Position numbers and translations under genes: made by a program. A stretch of 48,405 bases of DNA, taken from IMG/VR virus record IMGVR_UViG_3300012041_000008, positions 1 to 48,405 of that record. One strand, given 5' to 3'. Below the pieces are notes generated by a model. It searched no databases and was not told the DNA's origin. It saw only the letters and a list, made by a program, of their open reading frames with translations. Positions 45,539 through 48,405 of the stretch are shown here, one piece after another; positions within the stretch are counted from its first letter, which is position 1, and each line of letters starts with the position of its first letter. Origin of the DNA: a virus. Lineage: Duplodnaviria > Caudoviricetes.

Positions 45539-45554
45539 ACAAAAGGACAAAACA

Positions 45555-45746
45555 ATGAGAAACATCTTCATACGAATGTTAATCGCTGTGTTCTGTGTAG
45601 TGATTTTGTTTGCACTACTTGGACCAGTCCTTAACGTCATAGGGTTTCCATTAAGCGGAGATTTACTTGCAATATTCCGTATTGTAGTCGCTGTGATTGC
45701 ACTATGGTATATCGTTTGGGGAGCGCCTCCGACTATTCCCAGGTAA
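45555..45746 (+). CDS. Small two-TM membrane protein
   Basis: AAGGA RBS; two hydrophobic helices. Confidence 0.8.
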   Translation: MRNIFIRMLIAVFCVVILFALLGPVLNVIGFPLSGDLLAIFRIVVAVIALWYIVWGAPPTIPR

Positions 45747-45748
45747 GT

Positions 45749-46051
45749 ATGAACCCAGTCTCAACAGATAAATTAGAAGAACTAATTACAGGGTTAAGAG
45801 AACATAGAAATTGGATTACAGAGTTACATAACCTTAATCTCTTAATCAATAAGTTAGATACTCTAAACAAAGTTACTTCCACTCGTGAACTTGCGGGTTT
45901 AATCCGTAGGTCTAAATCATGGGTTGGAGTGAGTATCCTTTTGATTAAAGGTATGAAGGTCTATCCAGAGATTGAAAAGTTTGCCAGCCGTAATATGGCT
46001 TACACTTACCTACAAAAAAAGAATAGGATGAGGCGGTTTCTACAATCATGA
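45749..46051 (+). CDS. HTH DNA-binding protein
   Basis: STRELAGLIRRSKSWV. Confidence 0.65.
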   Translation: MNPVSTDKLEELITGLREHRNWITELHNLNLLINKLDTLNKVTSTRELAGLIRRSKSWVGVSILLIKGMKVYPEIEKFASRNMAYTYLQKKNRMRRFLQS

Positions 46052-46467
46052 AGATATCCATTGTTACTTCACGCTTTGACATTACCAAGAAACAGTTAGA
46101 CGGGTTCAGGGGGTTATTACCAATCTTCACTAAAGATAAGAACTCTTTTATTATTGGTGGAGATGATGCAGACTATGATGTGTATTTAGCTCTACTAGCA
46201 TCCGGCTTTGAAGTAGAGGTATATCCACATTCAGGTAATAAAGAGATGATAGAGAAGTATAATGGAGCTAAGATACATAATAGTGCCTTGCCTCTACGAG
46301 AACGTAACAAGAAGATGATGGATGATTGCGGTATCTTAATTGGCATCCCACAGACATTCAATGAATTTGAAGATTCGCCTGCCTGGAAAACTATTCGATA
46401 CGCTATCTCAACTGAGAAAGAGATTTATGTTATTTCGCCTAACGGATATTGTTGGGGATTGGAGTGA
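46048..46467 (+). CDS. Second SLOG superfamily protein (divergent)
   Basis: IVTSR, IIGG..AD, PL.ERN..MMD, LIGIP, S.AW.TIRYA. Confidence 0.75.
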   Translation: MKISIVTSRFDITKKQLDGFRGLLPIFTKDKNSFIIGGDDADYDVYLALLASGFEVEVYPHSGNKEMIEKYNGAKIHNSALPLRERNKKMMDDCGILIGIPQTFNEFEDSPAWKTIRYAISTEKEIYVISPNGYCWGLE

Positions 46468-46471
46468 ACCG

Positions 46472-46822
46472 ATGCCTGTTATTCCTGGAGTAATGGAAAC
46501 ATACGACAAACTAAAAACTCTACACCGTTTAAAGAACGATGATTACGCTGGAGATAACGGACCATTCTTTAACTTTGAATTTGCAGAGACAGTAGGAGCT
46601 ATCTTTAAAGGAGCTAGAGATAAGGTATATGCCATAGTCATTGGTGTTAAACTGGCCCGGCTATCAGTAGTGCTATATAAACAAGCTACTAATGAGTCTG
46701 TTGAAGATACCTTTGACGATATGATTAACTATGCAACCATCTGGAAATCAGATTGGCAAAGCAGGAATAAGAAATCTATCCGTTCCATTACAGAGGCAGA
46801 GACTATTAGAGAGACAAAATGA
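46472..46822 (+). CDS. DUF1599/Nmad1 all-alpha NTP-pyrophosphatase-like protein
   Basis: KNDDYAG, PFFNF, KLARL, ESVEDTFDDMINY. Confidence 0.8.
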   Translation: MPVIPGVMETYDKLKTLHRLKNDDYAGDNGPFFNFEFAETVGAIFKGARDKVYAIVIGVKLARLSVVLYKQATNESVEDTFDDMINYATIWKSDWQSRNKKSIRSITEAETIRETK

Positions 46823-47013
46823 CTGAGTTTATCAGAAGCTCTATAACACTTCTTGATAGGACAATGAGAAAGGATGAGATTAGAGTACTTAAATCTTTAT
46901 CTGAAGTTCTTGGATTTAATATAACAAACAATACGGGGGAACCTTTATTTGTTGAACCTATCTATGAAGGTGGTAACTTAATAAGACTTATAATATATAA
47001 GGAACCAAAATGA
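46819..47013 (+). CDS. Hypothetical protein
   Basis: ATGA overlaps at both ends. Confidence 0.65.
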   Translation: MTEFIRSSITLLDRTMRKDEIRVLKSLSEVLGFNITNNTGEPLFVEPIYEGGNLIRLIIYKEPK

Positions 47014-47258
47014 CACCAGTATGTTATATATGCAACGAAGAGTTTAAGGACAATGACTTAACTGTTCCTATTAATATAAATGCAGTATTACCTTATGGTA
47101 GAATCTCTGTAACTGTTCTTAACCACTATCTTTGTGGATTAGATTACTTCCTAAACATCTTAAAGGAAGTGGATGTTCTAATGGACAAAGATAGGATGGC
47201 TATAGAGAGTAAGTTAATGGATGCTTTAAACTCTATGCACAGGGGGAATATTCAGTAA
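47010..47258 (+). CDS. Hypothetical Zn-binding protein
   Basis: CYIC..HYLC. Confidence 0.7.
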   Translation: MTPVCYICNEEFKDNDLTVPININAVLPYGRISVTVLNHYLCGLDYFLNILKEVDVLMDKDRMAIESKLMDALNSMHRGNIQ

Positions 47259-48405
47259 TGCCTAATATGGTAAGTGGGCAGGGTAATCCTTATAGTAAAC
47301 TAATTATATTAGGAGACTTTCCCACACAGTCAGAAGATAAACAAGGTAAACCGTTTTTGGGTCCATCTGGTGAATTACTAGATAGAATCTTCACAGAACT
47401 AGGTCATTCTAATTGGCGTGTAGATTACTGGTTAACATATGTATATAGATTCAGACCACCATTCAACGATATCAAACAAATCGGAACTGTATGTGAAGTC
47501 GAAGAAGAGAAACAAAGACTCTATACTGAAATCCTATCTATTAAACCTAACTGTATCCTTGCTATTGGGCCTGCTGCTCTTGAAGTTATTGCAGGTGTTA
47601 ATAAACTTCTTAAATACAGGGGGAGTATCCTTCCTTCTCAAGTAAGTGATTGCAAAGTCATTGGAACTATATCTCCATACCATTTAGTTAGAGCATCAGA
47701 TGAGTCAGGGGACCATGATGAATCTAAAGGATTGTTTTCCTACGTTTGGAAGTGGGTATTAGGTAATGACATTAAACGAGCAATCATTGAGTCAAAGACA
47801 GAGGGCTGCGATTTACCTAAGAGGGATTTACTTATTGCGAGAAATTCAGTTGATGTATCAAGGTTTATTGACAGGCAATACAAAAACTACGACAGAGTCT
47901 TTGCCGACATTGAAACTATTGAATCAACAGTTCCAGGATGTATTAGTCTCGCTTTCAACAAATACGAAGCTATCTCAATCCCACTCTTTGCCAAAGTCGG
48001 ACGATACGAAATAAGTTCTATACCTACTACTGACCTAGCTTTCATATGGCAGAAGTTAGATTGGCTATTTAGATATATGTTAGTAGGTGGGCAGAACTTT
48101 AAATTTGACCAACAGAAAATGGAGATGGTTGGTTTTAAATTCAAAGGTCTAAAGACTGATACATCTCTCAAGGCTCATACTATTAACCCGGAGATACCTT
48201 ATGTGGGTCTTGCATTTATATCGTCTATCTGGACTAGAGAGCCTTACTATAAGGACGAAGGAAAAGAGTTTATCTTCGGGAAACACGATATCGACAGGTG
48301 GTTTCTTTATAATGCTAAGGATTCCGCCGTGGATTGCGAAGTTGATGAAGCTCAAGAAAAGGAACTGGAAGTCCTTTCAGATATTTACAAGACGGATTTA
48401 AAAGC
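47258..48405 (+). CDS. polA: DNA polymerase N-terminal part: family-4 UDG-like domain plus 3'-5' exonuclease (missing from ORF track)
   Basis: Hand translation open from ATG 47258: GQGNP, LGDFPT..ED..GKPFLGPSGELL, RPP, IKP.CI.A.G..A; ExoI FADIET, ExoII QNFKFD, ExoIII YNAKD. Confidence 0.93.
   Translation, partial: MPNMVSGQGNPYSKLIILGDFPTQSEDKQGKPFLGPSGELLDRIFTELGHSNWRVDYWLTYVYRFRPPFNDIKQIGTVCEVEEEKQRLYTEILSIKPNCILAIGPAALEVIAGVNKLLKYRGSILPSQVSDCKVIGTISPYHLVRASDESGDHDESKGLFSYVWKWVLGNDIKRAIIESKTEGCDLPKRDLLIARNSVDVSRFIDRQYKNYDRVFADIETIESTVPGCISLAFNKYEAISIPLFAKVGRYEISSIPTTDLAFIWQKLDWLFRYMLVGGQNFKFDQQKMEMVGFKFKGLKTDTSLKAHTINPEIPYVGLAFISSIWTREPYYKDEGKEFIFGKHDIDRWFLYNAKDSAVDCEVDEAQEKELEVLSDIYKTDLK
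48283..48405. repeat. Terminal direct repeat, copy of 1-123
   Basis: Exact match to window start. Confidence 0.97.

Noticed and set aside
46472-48282. Z-base, hmU or 7-deazaguanine DNA modification pathway
   Set aside because: No PurZ, dCMP deaminase/hydroxymethylase or Que/DpdA genes recognisable
47439-48401. Short ORFs 47439, 47766, 47887, 48149, 48201
   Set aside because: Alternate-frame or antisense to the polymerase N-terminal region
1-48405. Stop-codon reassignment, DGR, integrase or prophage
   Set aside because: Genes tile well in the standard code using all three stops; no reverse transcriptase, integrase or host genes seen

Overview
The window is an apparently complete, circularly permuted genome of a lytic tailed dsDNA phage with a podovirus-type gene set. 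Bases 1-123 repeat exactly at 48283-48405, giving a unit length of 48,282 bp. The minus-strand arm (30320->2866) holds the late genes: putative TerS, a PEP-CTERM protein and a lipoprotein, TerL, portal, scaffold, major capsid, adaptor/nozzle, tail fibres and three large ejection-type proteins, one ending in an M15 peptidase. The plus-strand arm (31169->48282, wrapping to 2882) holds early and replication genes: many small ORFs, a bL12-like protein, SNF2-type helicase, Cas4-like nuclease, Sak4-like ATPase, SSB-like protein, HNH, an Acb2/Tad1-like protein, two SLOG proteins, DUF1599, tRNA-Leu(UAA), an 823-aa UDG-like/exonuclease/PolA fusion that crosses the contig junction (truncated in the ORF track), a DUF3987 ATPase and a cold-shock protein. 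I recognise no integrase, RNA polymerase, primase or lysis cassette. The host is inferred to be an exosortase-bearing diderm, plausibly Acidobacteriota. The most novel-looking signals are: (i) a ~300-nt intergenic RNA with two predicted pseudoknots (33716-34016); (ii) a stand-alone early gene with a sigma54-type promoter whose mRNA is bracketed by a long-range 5'/3' stem, plus a probable distant paralogue under a sigma70 promoter; (iii) a phage-encoded PEP-CTERM surface protein; (iv) a PolA with a degenerate UDG domain and His at the 762-equivalent position; (v) a ~460-bp degenerate palindrome (candidate origin); (vi) apparent GATC avoidance. All calls come from manual motif reading; no searches or folding programs were run.
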